Origin: Acholeplasmataceae bacterium
GTDB lineage: Bacteria > Bacillota_I > Bacilli_A > Acholeplasmatales > Acholeplasmataceae
DNA length: 64,000 nucleotides
Direction of reading: 5' to 3'
NCBI GenBank assembly: GCA_963667565.1
Contig: OY763415.1
Span: forward strand, 224,001-288,000
Part shown: positions 9,580-19,154 of the stretch, piece by piece
How the letters are laid out: the number at the start of each line of letters is the position of its first letter
Position numbering within the stretch: the first letter of the stretch is position 1
The notes under the pieces: generated by a model
What the model saw: only the letters and a program-made list of their open reading frames with translations
Databases searched by the model: none
Told to the model about the DNA's origin: nothing
Made by a program: the position numbers and the translations under genes

Positions 9580-10899
9580 ATGAATCAAAACAGAACGTTA
9601 TCCCTTTTTAGTAAATTATTTCTAAGAATTTTATTTGGCATCATTACTGATTTTATTATTTTGATATTAGCATATGAATTTTTAACTATATTTTGGTTTT
9701 ATTTCTTGTTTGCAATCATTGTATTAGCAAGTGGATATTACATCTTTAAATCTATTTTAAAGTTAAAAGATTTAGATGATAAAGAAGATTCATTCGATGC
9801 ATTAGTAGAAATTTTAGATGATCTTGAATATGCAAAACCGCTTAATTTATCAATTGATATGAAACAAGAAAATGGACTTGTTGAAGAAACACTTCATCAT
9901 CATGAAGAACTTGAACAAATGATAGAGCCAGAAGAAAAAATCACAAGACAAGATAAACCTATTGAACTAAGCGACTTTATTGAACAACTCCATGTATATA
10001 TCAAAGAGCAAGGTTTAAAAATTGATAAAGATAATTTGAAAGAAATGTTTGCCAGCATGGCAGCATCTAAATTATTGATGGTTAAAAATCATACGGTAGA
10101 ACATGTTGAAAAATTCACACAAGCATTTACTAAGTTTATTGGTGCAAAATTATATATAGATGATGCCAGTCATTTAAAATCATTTAATGAATTGTTATCA
10201 TCTGATTATACACTAAATCAATTGATTGAAGAAGCAAATCAAAATCCAAATAAAATCTATTTTATGGGCTATAAACATTTAAATTTTATGAATTTAGATA
10301 AAAAAATAAGTCCTATTATTGACTATGCCTTAAATCCAAGTCTTCCTTCACATATTAAAACTACGCTTGGTCATGTGCTTCCTAATAATGTATGGTTTAT
10401 TTTGTATGTTGGAGAACATGACCACACATATGAAATTCAAAGTGCGACACAAAGTAGTGTCTATATTGATCTAGAAGCTACTGAAGTTGAACCAAAAGTA
10501 AAAACGAAACAAAAATATTTACGCCTATCATATTTAAGTTTTTCTAATATCTTGTTTGATAGTTATGAAAAATATTATTTAGATGAAACCATCTGGAAAA
10601 AGATTGATCAACTTGAAGCATATTTAAATGAAACAGCGTCATTTAACATTGATAACAGATTATTTAGACAATTTGAAAGGTATGCTTCAGCATATCTATT
10701 GTTTGGTGGAGAAAAAGAAGCTGTGTTAGATCATATACTTTACAGTAAGATATTGAATATATTGCTTTCTTTGAAATCATTTAGAGAACAATTGGATACT
10801 GATGAAATGCTATCTATGTTTGATAACATATTTGGACTCGAAAATTTAAATAAATCTAAAAGAACGTTAAAAAAATTAATGGATGAAACGAAACAATAG
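9580..10899 (+). CDS. Membrane-anchored, catalytically degenerate McrB-like AAA+ paralogue
   Basis: Two N-terminal TM helices; aligns by eye with 10917-12260 (LPNNVWFI vs LPSNMWFI; IDNRLFRQFERY vs FGNRIMEQIKRY) but Walker A and B are lost; ATG 9580 follows AGGTG. Confidence 0.75.
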   Translation: MNQNRTLSLFSKLFLRILFGIITDFIILILAYEFLTIFWFYFLFAIIVLASGYYIFKSILKLKDLDDKEDSFDALVEILDDLEYAKPLNLSIDMKQENGLVEETLHHHEELEQMIEPEEKITRQDKPIELSDFIEQLHVYIKEQGLKIDKDNLKEMFASMAASKLLMVKNHTVEHVEKFTQAFTKFIGAKLYIDDASHLKSFNELLSSDYTLNQLIEEANQNPNKIYFMGYKHLNFMNLDKKISPIIDYALNPSLPSHIKTTLGHVLPNNVWFILYVGEHDHTYEIQSATQSSVYIDLEATEVEPKVKTKQKYLRLSYLSFSNILFDSYEKYYLDETIWKKIDQLEAYLNETASFNIDNRLFRQFERYASAYLLFGGEKEAVLDHILYSKILNILLSLKSFREQLDTDEMLSMFDNIFGLENLNKSKRTLKKLMDETKQ

Positions 10900-10916
10900 A
10901 AATGAGGGACTCGCTG

Positions 10917-12260
10917 ATGTTTAATGAGTTTTTTTCTCATTTATTTAATAGAATTTACTTAATTCAAGAATTGTGGAATGCATTGACAAGTAATGTGGCT
11001 ATAGTGATTTACATCATTATTCTACTTGTCTTGTTTTTTGTTACGCTTGTGTTAATGGTCAACATCGAATACAACCGTAATGCCTTAAATGATTTAAATC
11101 AAGATCATAAGAAAGAAGAACCAAAACAAGAAAATAAAGACATTAAAAAAGAAGAAGAAAGACAAGAAGAAACAAACCAAACATCAAGATTTTATATGTT
11201 AACAGAGATTGATAAACAACAAGAAGCGATGAGACAAAAAGTCTATCAAGATGAAATCACATTAGAGCGGCTATGTATAGAGTTTAGAGATTATGCAGCA
11301 AGTCAGTTAAAGCTTTATTATGACATTGAAGATATCAGAAGATTCATTGGTGGATTATCAGTATCACATATCATGATCTTACAAGGGATGTCAGGGACAG
11401 GGAAGACATCACTAGCCTATGCGTTTGGAGATTATTTGAATAATCCAGCGGTGATCGTTCCGATACAACCGATGTGGAAAGAGCGAACAGATTTGATAGG
11501 TTATTATAACGAATTTACAAAACGATTTAATGAAACGACATTATTACAAAAATTATATGAAGCGAATCAAAATGATCAACTTTATGTCACAGTCTTAGAT
11601 GAAATGAATATCGCAAGAGTGGAGTATTATTTCGCAGAGTTTTTATCACTATTAGAATTACCTGATCATGACAAAAGAAAATTAGATGTCATCCCTGATG
11701 TATGGGAAAACGATCCAGAGCAGTTAAGAGAAGGGAAATTAAGATTACCTTCAAACATGTGGTTTATAGGAACAGCAAACAATGATGATTCAACATTTTC
11801 AATATCAGATAAAGTCTATGATAGAGCGATGGTTATAAACTTAGATAAGAAAGCAAGACCGTATCAAGCAAAAGAAGTCAAAGGCAGAAGTATATCCTAT
11901 CAAAAGTTTCAAAGTTTAATTGATGAAGCACAAAAGACATATGAGTTGACGCAAAGAAATTTAAGAAGACTTAAGATGCTAGACCAATATTTAATAGAGC
12001 AATTCCAGATTACATTTGGAAATAGAATTATGGAACAAATCAAACGATATGTACCAATCATCGTGTCATGTGGGGGAAGTGAATTAGATGCACTAGATGA
12101 TATGATGAGCAAGAAAGTATTAAGGAAGTTAGAAACGAAGAATATGGTGTATGTGAAAAGTGCAGCACCAGGGTTAATTAAATTTATAGAAGAATTATTT
12201 GGTGAAGATGAGATGAGACAATGTATTGACTACATCAACCAAATAGAGATTAATGCCTAA
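10917..12260 (+). CDS. Membrane-anchored McrB-family AAA+ NTPase (copy 1)
   Basis: N-terminal TM; Walker A GMSGTGKT; Walker B VLDEMNIARVEYYFAEFLS; GTANNDDST and SDKVYDRA motifs. Confidence 0.85.
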   Translation: MFNEFFSHLFNRIYLIQELWNALTSNVAIVIYIIILLVLFFVTLVLMVNIEYNRNALNDLNQDHKKEEPKQENKDIKKEEERQEETNQTSRFYMLTEIDKQQEAMRQKVYQDEITLERLCIEFRDYAASQLKLYYDIEDIRRFIGGLSVSHIMILQGMSGTGKTSLAYAFGDYLNNPAVIVPIQPMWKERTDLIGYYNEFTKRFNETTLLQKLYEANQNDQLYVTVLDEMNIARVEYYFAEFLSLLELPDHDKRKLDVIPDVWENDPEQLREGKLRLPSNMWFIGTANNDDSTFSISDKVYDRAMVINLDKKARPYQAKEVKGRSISYQKFQSLIDEAQKTYELTQRNLRRLKMLDQYLIEQFQITFGNRIMEQIKRYVPIIVSCGGSELDALDDMMSKKVLRKLETKNMVYVKSAAPGLIKFIEELFGEDEMRQCIDYINQIEINA

Positions 12261-12277
12261 ATAACAAAGAAGGGATG
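11112..12277 (+). repeat. Direct repeat copy 1 (1166 bp; linker, AAA domain and downstream RBS)
   Basis: Near-identical to 14435-15600 at an offset of 3323 bp. Confidence 0.95.
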
Positions 12278-12284
12278 ATTGTGT

Positions 12285-14150
12285 ATGAAATTAGTTGATT
12301 TATACTATAAAGCATTTAAGTCATTTAGAAAACATACGATTGATCAAAAAGAGGGTCAAAAAATACGTAAAACAATTTCATATGCAAACCATCAAAAAGA
12401 AAAGTTTGAAGCGATTAAATTTGATTGTAAAATTGAATCTGATTGGATTGAAAATATCGAAGAAGGTTTGAAATTTGTTGAAAAAGCTATTTTAGAAGAT
12501 CGTCAGTTTATTAGAACTGAAGGTGAAGTCATCCCTATAGAAAAGGTCAAAAGGGTTTCAAAAGCTTCTGTTGAACATTTATCTAGACATAGTAATCTTG
12601 TTTCAAGAATACCTAAAAATGATCAAGAAACACTCACACCTGATAAATTATATATTATTGAGCGATTAAGTGATCATCTTGTCTATGAAAATAGATTCCT
12701 TTATGTGTTACTAAGATATTTAAAAGATTTTATTGAAATCAGATTAGATAAAATCAAGGATAAGACAACAACATACCATTCACTCATGAGAGTAGATAAA
12801 CAAATTGAAGTCAATTCAAGACATATTACATATAATTTAGACTTTAGTGAAATGTACAAAAACGATCCATTTTTGCTAGAAGTATATGAGAAGATTCCAC
12901 TTGTAAAAAACGTAGAAAATATCCACGCTTTAACGCTTGCATTGCTTTCAACGCCACTCATGAAAGAAGTGGCTAAAGCACCGATGATAAAACCTCCGAT
13001 TGTAAAAACAAATGTGATTCGTATGAATAAGAATTTTAAAGCAGCACTCTCATTGTATGATTACATTACTTCATATAACAAAGATGGATATACATTTGAA
13101 GAAATCAAAAAAACATTTTCTCCTTTTCCAGAAAAAATGGGGGATGAAATTGCAGATACGATTGAACTTAACTCATTAATCACTTACATGGAAGGCAATG
13201 ACATCAGGTCATACTTAGAAGAGCGTTTTGAAAAAGAATTAGAAAAAGAAAAGTTGAAACAGTCACAAGCAGCACAAGAAGAATTAGAGCGTCTTAAGAA
13301 AAGATTGGTTGAGCTTGATGAAGATCCAAGTCTTTATATTTTAAAATTGGAAAAACGCAATCAATCATTAGAAAAAGATAATTTAAAAATAGCTTCACTC
13401 ATTGATAAAAACGAACAATTATTAACTTCTATTGAAACACTTGAGCAAGATAAACGTGATATGGAAAAACAATACAATATCGTATTAGATCAAGTTAATG
13501 AAAAACAATATGAAATTGATATATTGAATCAAAAATATTTTGATGATATGAAAGAGGCTGAGGTTGTTCATCAAAACGAACTTAAGCAACAATTAATTAA
13601 ATATGAAGAAGCTTTTGAACAGCAAAAAACTGATTTTATGAAACAGCTAAATGATATGAAACATGAACATGAATCATATATAAAAGATTTAGTTTTAGAA
13701 CATCAGACATATGTTGATTTACTTGTTAAAAATCATGATGAACAAAGGGAATCACTAAAACAATCTTATGAAGAACAAATAAACGATTTGATTACAAAAC
13801 ATCAAACATTTGTCTTTTCACTTGAAGAAAACATAGATCAACTGACGAGTCAAAAAGAAAAACAAAAATTAGAGATTAAAACACAACAAAAGATGATTAA
13901 AGATCTTGAGTTAAACTTAAAATCAAGTGAAGAGTATAGAAGATTTGCAAATGCGCAATACTTAGCATTAAAAACGCAGCAAGGACTCATTTCTGATGAT
14001 GAAGATTTCACATCAAAAGAAAAATTCCAACAGTTGGAATTAGAAATGAAAGCTTATAAAAAATTATTTAAAGAACAATGGAAAAAGACGAAATTACAGA
14101 TTAAAGAACATATCAAAGAAGAGATGTTAAGAAAAGAAGATATAGAATAA
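12285..14150 (+). CDS. DUF2357/McrC-like N-terminal domain followed by a long coiled coil; no nuclease domain evident
   Basis: E.IPIEKVK..S..SVEHLSRH, VYENRFL and PPIVKTNVI..N.NF motifs; the C-terminal ~300 aa are E/K/Q/L-rich. Confidence 0.75.
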   Translation: MKLVDLYYKAFKSFRKHTIDQKEGQKIRKTISYANHQKEKFEAIKFDCKIESDWIENIEEGLKFVEKAILEDRQFIRTEGEVIPIEKVKRVSKASVEHLSRHSNLVSRIPKNDQETLTPDKLYIIERLSDHLVYENRFLYVLLRYLKDFIEIRLDKIKDKTTTYHSLMRVDKQIEVNSRHITYNLDFSEMYKNDPFLLEVYEKIPLVKNVENIHALTLALLSTPLMKEVAKAPMIKPPIVKTNVIRMNKNFKAALSLYDYITSYNKDGYTFEEIKKTFSPFPEKMGDEIADTIELNSLITYMEGNDIRSYLEERFEKELEKEKLKQSQAAQEELERLKKRLVELDEDPSLYILKLEKRNQSLEKDNLKIASLIDKNEQLLTSIETLEQDKRDMEKQYNIVLDQVNEKQYEIDILNQKYFDDMKEAEVVHQNELKQQLIKYEEAFEQQKTDFMKQLNDMKHEHESYIKDLVLEHQTYVDLLVKNHDEQRESLKQSYEEQINDLITKHQTFVFSLEENIDQLTSQKEKQKLEIKTQQKMIKDLELNLKSSEEYRRFANAQYLALKTQQGLISDDEDFTSKEKFQQLELEMKAYKKLFKEQWKKTKLQIKEHIKEEMLRKEDIE

Positions 14151-14173
14151 AGATTTTGTTTAGGATGCGTGTC

Positions 14174-15583
14174 ATGAAAAAAGGAAATATTAAATTATTA
14201 AACTTCATATGGTTTATTTCCATGATTGTTGGGATGCTTTTGATTATTAGTTTATTAATCAAACCAGACTTTGTTGACCCAACAGTTGTTTTAGGTACGC
14301 CTCAAATGCTTTTTATTTTATTTTCTGCGCTTATCTTATTGGTTGCATTCGGCATCATTATATATGTTCTAAGAAATGATAATTTAAACCTTCTTAATTT
14401 ATATAAGTTAGGGGAAGCACTACCGAAAATAGAAAAAGAAGAACCAAAACAAGAAAATAAAGACATTAAAAAAGAAGAAGAAAGACAAGAAGAAACAAAC
14501 CAAACATCAAGATTTTATATGTTAACAGAGATTGATAAACAACAAGAAGCGATGAGACAAAAAGTCTATCAAGATGAAATCACATTAGAGCGGCTATGTA
14601 TAGAGTTTAGAGATTATGCAGCAAGTCAGTTAAAGCTTTATTATGACATTGAAGATATCAGAAGATTCATTGGTGGATTATCAGTATCACATATCATGAT
14701 CTTACAAGGGATGTCAGGGACAGGGAAGACATCACTAGCATATGCGTTTGGAGATTATTTGAATAATCCAGCGGTGATCGTTCCGATACAACCGATGTGG
14801 AAAGAGCGAACAGATTTGATAGGTTATTATAACGAATTTACAAAACGATTTAATGAAACGACATTATTACAAAAATTATATGAAGCGAATCAAAATGAGC
14901 AACTTTATGTCACAGTTTTAGATGAAATGAATATCGCAAGAGTGGAGTATTATTTCGCAGAGTTTTTATCACTATTAGAATTACCTGATCATGACAAAAG
15001 AAAATTAGATGTCATCCCTGATGTATGGGAAAACGATCCAGAGCAGTTAAGAGAAGGGAAATTAAGATTACCTTCAAACATGTGGTTTATAGGAACAGCA
15101 AACAATGATGATTCAACATTTTCAATATCAGATAAAGTCTATGATAGAGCGATGGTTATAAACTTAGATAAGAAAGCAAGACCGTATCAAGCAAAAGAAG
15201 TCAAAGGCAGAAGTATATCCTATCAAAAGTTTCAAAGTTTAATTGATGAAGCACAAAAGACATATGAGTTGACGCAAAGAAATTTAAGAAGACTTAAGAT
15301 GCTAGACCAATATTTAATAGAGCAATTCCAGATTACATTTGGAAATAGAATTATGGAACAAATCAAACGATATGTACCAATCATCGTGTCATGTGGGGGA
15401 AGTGAATTAGATGCACTAGATGATATGATGAGCAAGAAAGTATTAAGGAAGTTAGAAACGAAGAATATGGTGTATGTGAAAAGTGCAGCACCAGGGTTAA
15501 TTAAATTTATAGAAGAATTATTTGGTGAAGATGAGATGAGACAATGTATTGACTACATCAACCAAATAGAGATTAATGCTTAA
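14174..15583 (+). CDS. Membrane-anchored McrB-family AAA+ NTPase (copy 2, different N-terminus with two TM helices)
   Basis: From KEEPKQ onward identical to copy 1 except one D/E; ATG 14174 follows AGGA. Confidence 0.85.
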   Translation: MKKGNIKLLNFIWFISMIVGMLLIISLLIKPDFVDPTVVLGTPQMLFILFSALILLVAFGIIIYVLRNDNLNLLNLYKLGEALPKIEKEEPKQENKDIKKEEERQEETNQTSRFYMLTEIDKQQEAMRQKVYQDEITLERLCIEFRDYAASQLKLYYDIEDIRRFIGGLSVSHIMILQGMSGTGKTSLAYAFGDYLNNPAVIVPIQPMWKERTDLIGYYNEFTKRFNETTLLQKLYEANQNEQLYVTVLDEMNIARVEYYFAEFLSLLELPDHDKRKLDVIPDVWENDPEQLREGKLRLPSNMWFIGTANNDDSTFSISDKVYDRAMVINLDKKARPYQAKEVKGRSISYQKFQSLIDEAQKTYELTQRNLRRLKMLDQYLIEQFQITFGNRIMEQIKRYVPIIVSCGGSELDALDDMMSKKVLRKLETKNMVYVKSAAPGLIKFIEELFGEDEMRQCIDYINQIEINA

Positions 15584-15600
15584 ATAACAAAGAAAGGATG
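14435..15600 (+). repeat. Direct repeat copy 2
   Basis: Near-identical to 11112-12277. Confidence 0.95.
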
Positions 15601-15607
15601 TGTAATC

Positions 15608-18600
15608 ATGAATAAGAAAATATTACTCATTAGTAGTGGTGTCATTATTGTTACTATCTTTTTCATCATTGCATATATTTCTTTTAATATCTTAGGTATT
15701 CCGCTTGCTGATGCGAAAAAATATCAAATCACAATCGCAACCGAAAATGTAGAGAAAATCTATGATGGTGAGGTATTAGAAAGTGATACTTGGTGGATTG
15801 AAAGTGGAAGTTTAGTGTTTGGTCATCATATCGAATATGTCATGAACTCACAAATCACTGAACCAGGAAGTATTGTTAATCAAATCGGTATTGCAATTTA
15901 TGACAATGAAGGTATGAATGTTACTGATAATTATGACATCACTTATGATTTAGGTAATTTAATCGTTTATGGTATACCGCTTACGATAAAAACTGAAAGC
16001 GAAGAAAAATACTATGATGGACTAACACTAGAAAACTATAACTATACTTTGACTCAAGGGTCTTTATTATCTGGAGATAGACTTGTTTCAACAATGAATA
16101 CAAGTATTACGAATCCAGGGTCTGAAGAGAATGAAATTTATGTCATTATTTATGATGCGTATGGACAAAATGTGACAAATCATTATGACATTACTTTTGA
16201 TCTTGGAGTTCTTACGATTTATGCTATTCCATTAACCATACAAACAGATAGTGCTGAAAAAACATTTGATGGCACATATTTATCAAATCCGTCTTGGCAT
16301 TTAAAGAGTGGCACATTACTAAGAGGTAATACCATGAGTTATGAAATGAATGCTAAACTTTTATATCCAGGTTCTATCTCTAATGATATTGGTATCACAA
16401 TTTTAAATGCAAAAAACGAAGACGTGACACATATATATGACATTACATATGAACTAGGAACGTTAACGATTAGAGCAATTGAATTAAGCATTCAAACAAG
16501 TACTGCAAGTAAAGTCTATGATGGCCAAATACTAACTGATCCAACATATACGATTTTAAGTGGATCTGTTTTAGAACAAGATCGTTTTACTTATACGATG
16601 GAAGCATCCATATTAAATCCAGGAAGTGTGGATAATCAGATTGGAATTACTATTTATAATGCTCTAGGTGAAGACATTACATTTGTATATCACATCACTT
16701 ATGATATTGGTACATTAACCATTTACACGCTTTCTATCACTATCTCAACAGATTCCGCAATGAAAACATATGATGGTACACCATTAACAAGTGATGGTTG
16801 GGCTTTAACAAAAGGCTATATATCTACAACCAATCATATTGTAGCAAACATGAATTCAAGTATCACAAGTCCTGGTAGTGTGCTAAATCAAATTGATGTC
16901 ACAATTCTTGATGACCAAGGAAGTGATGTTACAAGCAATTATAATATCACGTATAAATTAGGAACGTTAACCATTAATCCTATTGAGATTGCAGTCTTTA
17001 CTGAAACAGCAAGTAAAGTTTATGATGGTAGCGCGTTAACATCCGATGTATGGGGATTATTAAGTGGGTCGATATTAGATAACAACCAAGTGAATGTTGT
17101 TATGAACTCAAGTATAACAGCTCCTGGAACGATTGCTAATGAAGCGTATTTAACAATTTTAAACGATCAAAATCAAGATGTTACAACAAATTATATCATC
17201 ACATATCATTATGGAACATTAACGATTCATCCAATGTCAGTGATTATTAAATCTGGAAGTGCAAGTAAAGTCTATGATGGCACACCACTATCTAATAGCG
17301 ATTGGGGAATAGTTTATGGGTCTATTTTAGATACACATGAGCTTTATGTGAGCGTTGATGCTGAAATCACTGATATTGGTTCGATTGATAATGATATTTT
17401 TGTCTATGTCTTAGATCAAGATGGACAAAATGTCACAAACTATTACCAATTTTCATTTGATACAGGAACCTTAACCATCTTATCAGGGGTAAATTCATCT
17501 GGAACCATTAGCAACGAGAGCTTTCCTTTAACAAATACAGATGTCTTTAAGTTTTATACAAGTTTATCAGGTATGGTTTATTTTAGAGATGTATCATATG
17601 AAGGATATAACATGACTGGATGGAACTTAGACATTAATAATGAAGCAAACATCACTACGAATCCACTTAATTTTGCAAGCCAGTCATTAGAAGATTTAGG
17701 TGGTGTTTCAAACGATATTCAAATCGAATATTTACTTGATCAAATGCCATATCTTTTGCCTTATTTTTCAAATGCAACTTTAAGTGGTATTAATGACTTT
17801 CATATTTATGGAGATACGACGCAACCAGTTTCTTTAACATATGTACCATATAGTTATCAAAGTGGCGATTACCTCTTGTTTAAAAATACGCTTGCAAGTG
17901 ATGATGAATTGATTTATAGAGAATATGTATATAGTCATTATTTAGATATACCTCAATCGACACTTGATGTGATGTTGCAACTCGCAAGTGAAAATGGCTT
18001 ATCAACAGATAGCACAACACTCATATCTGATGTACAAAGATATATTCAAAATGCGGCAGTATATAATTTAAACTTTGCAAAAATTCCAGATTCAGTCACA
18101 GATATCGCAGTTTACTTTTTAACTGTATCAAAAGAAGGTATTTGTCAACATTATGCAACAGCAGCAGCACTTATGTATCGAGCACTAGGGATACCTGCAA
18201 GATATGTCACAGGTTTTGTAGGTAATGCAACTGAAAATGCATGGACTACAGTGACTACTGAATTAGCACATGCATGGGTTGAAATCTATATCGATGGTTT
18301 TGGATGGATGCCTATTGAAGTGACAGGTGGTGGACCTGTTGGTGAAGCAAATGCAATCGGTGAATTAACCATCACCCCAGCAAGTGTAAAAGAAATGTAT
18401 GTTGATGGTATCACAATCCGACCTGATACATTAATTATTTCAGGATTTAATGAATTTGCTCAATTGGGATACACATATGATGTCAGTTTTAGTGGTGAAC
18501 TTAGCATACCTGGAATCACTGAAAGTAGTATTGCATCATTTACAGTCTATGATCCTGATGGAAAAGATGTAACTGCATCGTTTCATATACTTTATGGTAA

Positions 18601-19132
18601 TGGCATCTTACAATTATACCAATATGAGATCACATTAATGACCTCCTCGGATATGAAAATATATGATGGTATTTCACTAACTAATGAAAACTATACCATT
18701 GATGGCAATCTAGAAGTAGGTCATAGTATTTATCAAGTTACATTTATAGGCTCACAGACTAACGTGGGATTATCTAAAAATAAAGCCACAATCATCATCC
18801 ATGATGAACAAGGAAATGATGTGACATATCTTTATAAGATAAATAACGTTTATGGTGATTTAATGGTGACACCAAGGTCAATTACGATCACTTCAGGTTC
18901 AGCAACTAAGGTTTTTGACAACACAGAACTCACCTATAATGATTATGAAATTACTGAAGGCAGTTTAGTCTTATCAGAAACGATTGTTGTTGATATTATT
19001 GGTTCACAGTTAACCATAGGTAAAAGTGTTAATTTAATTGATTCTATACATATCTACTCAGATGGTGTAGATGTTACAAACAACTATATTATTAATATTA
19101 TTGAAGGTGAACTAAGCGTTACACCAAGTTAA
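15608..19132 (+). CDS. N-terminally anchored surface protein: ~84-aa beta-rich (MBG-like) repeats plus a transglutaminase-like domain
   Basis: TM near aa 5-28; 7 K-x-YDG...DVT..Y.I.Y..GTL repeats, then GICQHYA...LGIPARYVTGF...HAWVEIYIDGFGW, then about 3 more repeats. Confidence 0.85.
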   Translation: MNKKILLISSGVIIVTIFFIIAYISFNILGIPLADAKKYQITIATENVEKIYDGEVLESDTWWIESGSLVFGHHIEYVMNSQITEPGSIVNQIGIAIYDNEGMNVTDNYDITYDLGNLIVYGIPLTIKTESEEKYYDGLTLENYNYTLTQGSLLSGDRLVSTMNTSITNPGSEENEIYVIIYDAYGQNVTNHYDITFDLGVLTIYAIPLTIQTDSAEKTFDGTYLSNPSWHLKSGTLLRGNTMSYEMNAKLLYPGSISNDIGITILNAKNEDVTHIYDITYELGTLTIRAIELSIQTSTASKVYDGQILTDPTYTILSGSVLEQDRFTYTMEASILNPGSVDNQIGITIYNALGEDITFVYHITYDIGTLTIYTLSITISTDSAMKTYDGTPLTSDGWALTKGYISTTNHIVANMNSSITSPGSVLNQIDVTILDDQGSDVTSNYNITYKLGTLTINPIEIAVFTETASKVYDGSALTSDVWGLLSGSILDNNQVNVVMNSSITAPGTIANEAYLTILNDQNQDVTTNYIITYHYGTLTIHPMSVIIKSGSASKVYDGTPLSNSDWGIVYGSILDTHELYVSVDAEITDIGSIDNDIFVYVLDQDGQNVTNYYQFSFDTGTLTILSGVNSSGTISNESFPLTNTDVFKFYTSLSGMVYFRDVSYEGYNMTGWNLDINNEANITTNPLNFASQSLEDLGGVSNDIQIEYLLDQMPYLLPYFSNATLSGINDFHIYGDTTQPVSLTYVPYSYQSGDYLLFKNTLASDDELIYREYVYSHYLDIPQSTLDVMLQLASENGLSTDSTTLISDVQRYIQNAAVYNLNFAKIPDSVTDIAVYFLTVSKEGICQHYATAAALMYRALGIPARYVTGFVGNATENAWTTVTTELAHAWVEIYIDGFGWMPIEVTGGGPVGEANAIGELTITPASVKEMYVDGITIRPDTLIISGFNEFAQLGYTYDVSFSGELSIPGITESSIASFTVYDPDGKDVTASFHILYGNGILQLYQYEITLMTSSDMKIYDGISLTNENYTIDGNLEVGHSIYQVTFIGSQTNVGLSKNKATIIIHDEQGNDVTYLYKINNVYGDLMVTPRSITITSGSATKVFDNTELTYNDYEITEGSLVLSETIVVDIIGSQLTIGKSVNLIDSIHIYSDGVDVTNNYIINIIEGELSVTPS

Positions 19133-19154
19133 AGATTGGAGGAAACGACTCTAG

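Noticed and set aside
10917..15583. Calling the AAA/DUF2357 genes a classical McrBC restriction system
   Set aside because: No DNA-binding reader on the GTPases (TM helices instead), no nuclease motif in the partner and no methyltransferase nearby.
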